This document shows positions 63,256-64,000 of a DNA stretch of 64,000 nt, in pieces (within the stretch, counting starts at the first letter, position 1; every line of letters begins with the position of its first letter). Under the pieces are notes generated by a model, which worked only from the letters and a program-made list of their open reading frames with translations, did no database searches and was not told the DNA's origin. The stretch covers positions 704,001 to 768,000 of the forward strand of contig CBDAOI010000003.1 of NCBI GenBank assembly GCA_965198005.1, in the 5' to 3' direction. The DNA is from Spirochaetia bacterium (GTDB lineage: Bacteria; Spirochaetota; Spirochaetia; SZUA-6; Bin103). The translations under genes and the position numbers were made by a program.

Positions 63256-63922
63256 CACGTTTCGGCTATTCCTGTTCCCGTCGTGGGACCAGGTGCTGGT
63301 GCGGATGAACTCGCCGCCGCAGCCGCTGTCCGGGTAGCCGCTCCCTCGGAAACTGAACCTGCTCCCTGAACGATCCCTGACGGGGGCCGCGGCGCAGGTG
63401 TGCCGGCCGCGTCCGGGCAACCGCCCCCGAAGGGCCGATCGCCGCACCGCGCCAGCCCGCGGCATCGGCCGAGCGGCGGTGGCTGACGGTGGTCAGGTCA
63501 TCGCACGGGGCTGGCTTGACGGTGGCTAAATACTTCACCTGCAATCAGTTACAGAATTTCGGCCGGGTCGGACCGTGCGTGCATTCACTCGGTGGGCCAA
63601 CAGGTGGGCATGGTCGCGTTTCACACACTCGGAGGGCTTGAGCTTATGACAGGGCTTGCGATCTCGCCCTCAAGACTTTTTCTGTAACCTTTCGCCCGCA
63701 ATGTTGGTTTACTGTTTGGTTTACTGTTTATGATGCTTTGCCGTTCCCCGAGAATTGCTGCCCGTGGCCGTCCGGTGCTTGTCTTTCACGGGAGGAATGG
63801 GTATTATTGGGTCGTGCATTCACGCGGTGGGCCAACAGGTGGGGCATGGTCGCATTTCACATACGGAGGGCTTGAGCTTATGACACTCTGCCCCTCTACC
63901 AGCCGTTCACCGAGAATTGCTG
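63254..63922 (+). mobile_element. ISNCY-like 3' tip with duplicated right end
   Basis: ATFRLFLFPSWDQVLVRMNSPPQPLSG*; ~72-bp direct repeat (63579-63651, 63814-63885), each copy followed by CGTTC(C/A)CCGAGAATTGCTG. Confidence 0.65.
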
Positions 63923-64000
63923 AACTTGCCAGATGGGTATTGACAGATCGACAGCTTGGGCCCATGGTTCACCCATGTTGAGAGTTGATGCGGGGGAGTG

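Overview
GC-rich bacterial accessory region that looks like error-prone long-read sequence: a degraded start, a G-run at ~28722-28739 and an indel-dense stretch at ~52550-53070. Single frameshifts therefore cannot be trusted as biological. The window is dominated by a repeated Opp/Dpp-family (SBP family 5) ABC module: solute-binding protein, then a DppB-like and a DppC-like permease. There are 7 complete or near-complete copies plus 4 fragments, and no ATPase gene anywhere. Three copies have near-identical permeases but binding proteins that vary in patches; two other copies look compositionally foreign (lower GC, with REP-like palindromes). Between the modules sit toxin-antitoxin and Fic genes, two FG-GAP/ASPIC-UnbV (CRTAC1-like) proteins (one fused to a DUF318-like permease), aldo-keto reductases and a duplicated ConA-like protein. 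Mobile DNA includes two ORF-less group II introns, a 5' fragment of a third intron whose EBS1 is AGGAGG, a RIT (recombinase-in-trio) element, an intact IS1182, remnants of IS3, IS21, ISNCY-like, IS1595, IS91 and IS110, and a large serine recombinase element whose right end can supply the SD and ATG for its left-end ORF. A dispersed and tandem family of ~110-135 bp promoter-bearing repeats and two conserved leader motifs lie upstream of the transporter operons. The signal peptides and gene content suggest a marine host-associated Spirochaetota-like organism; this is inference only.
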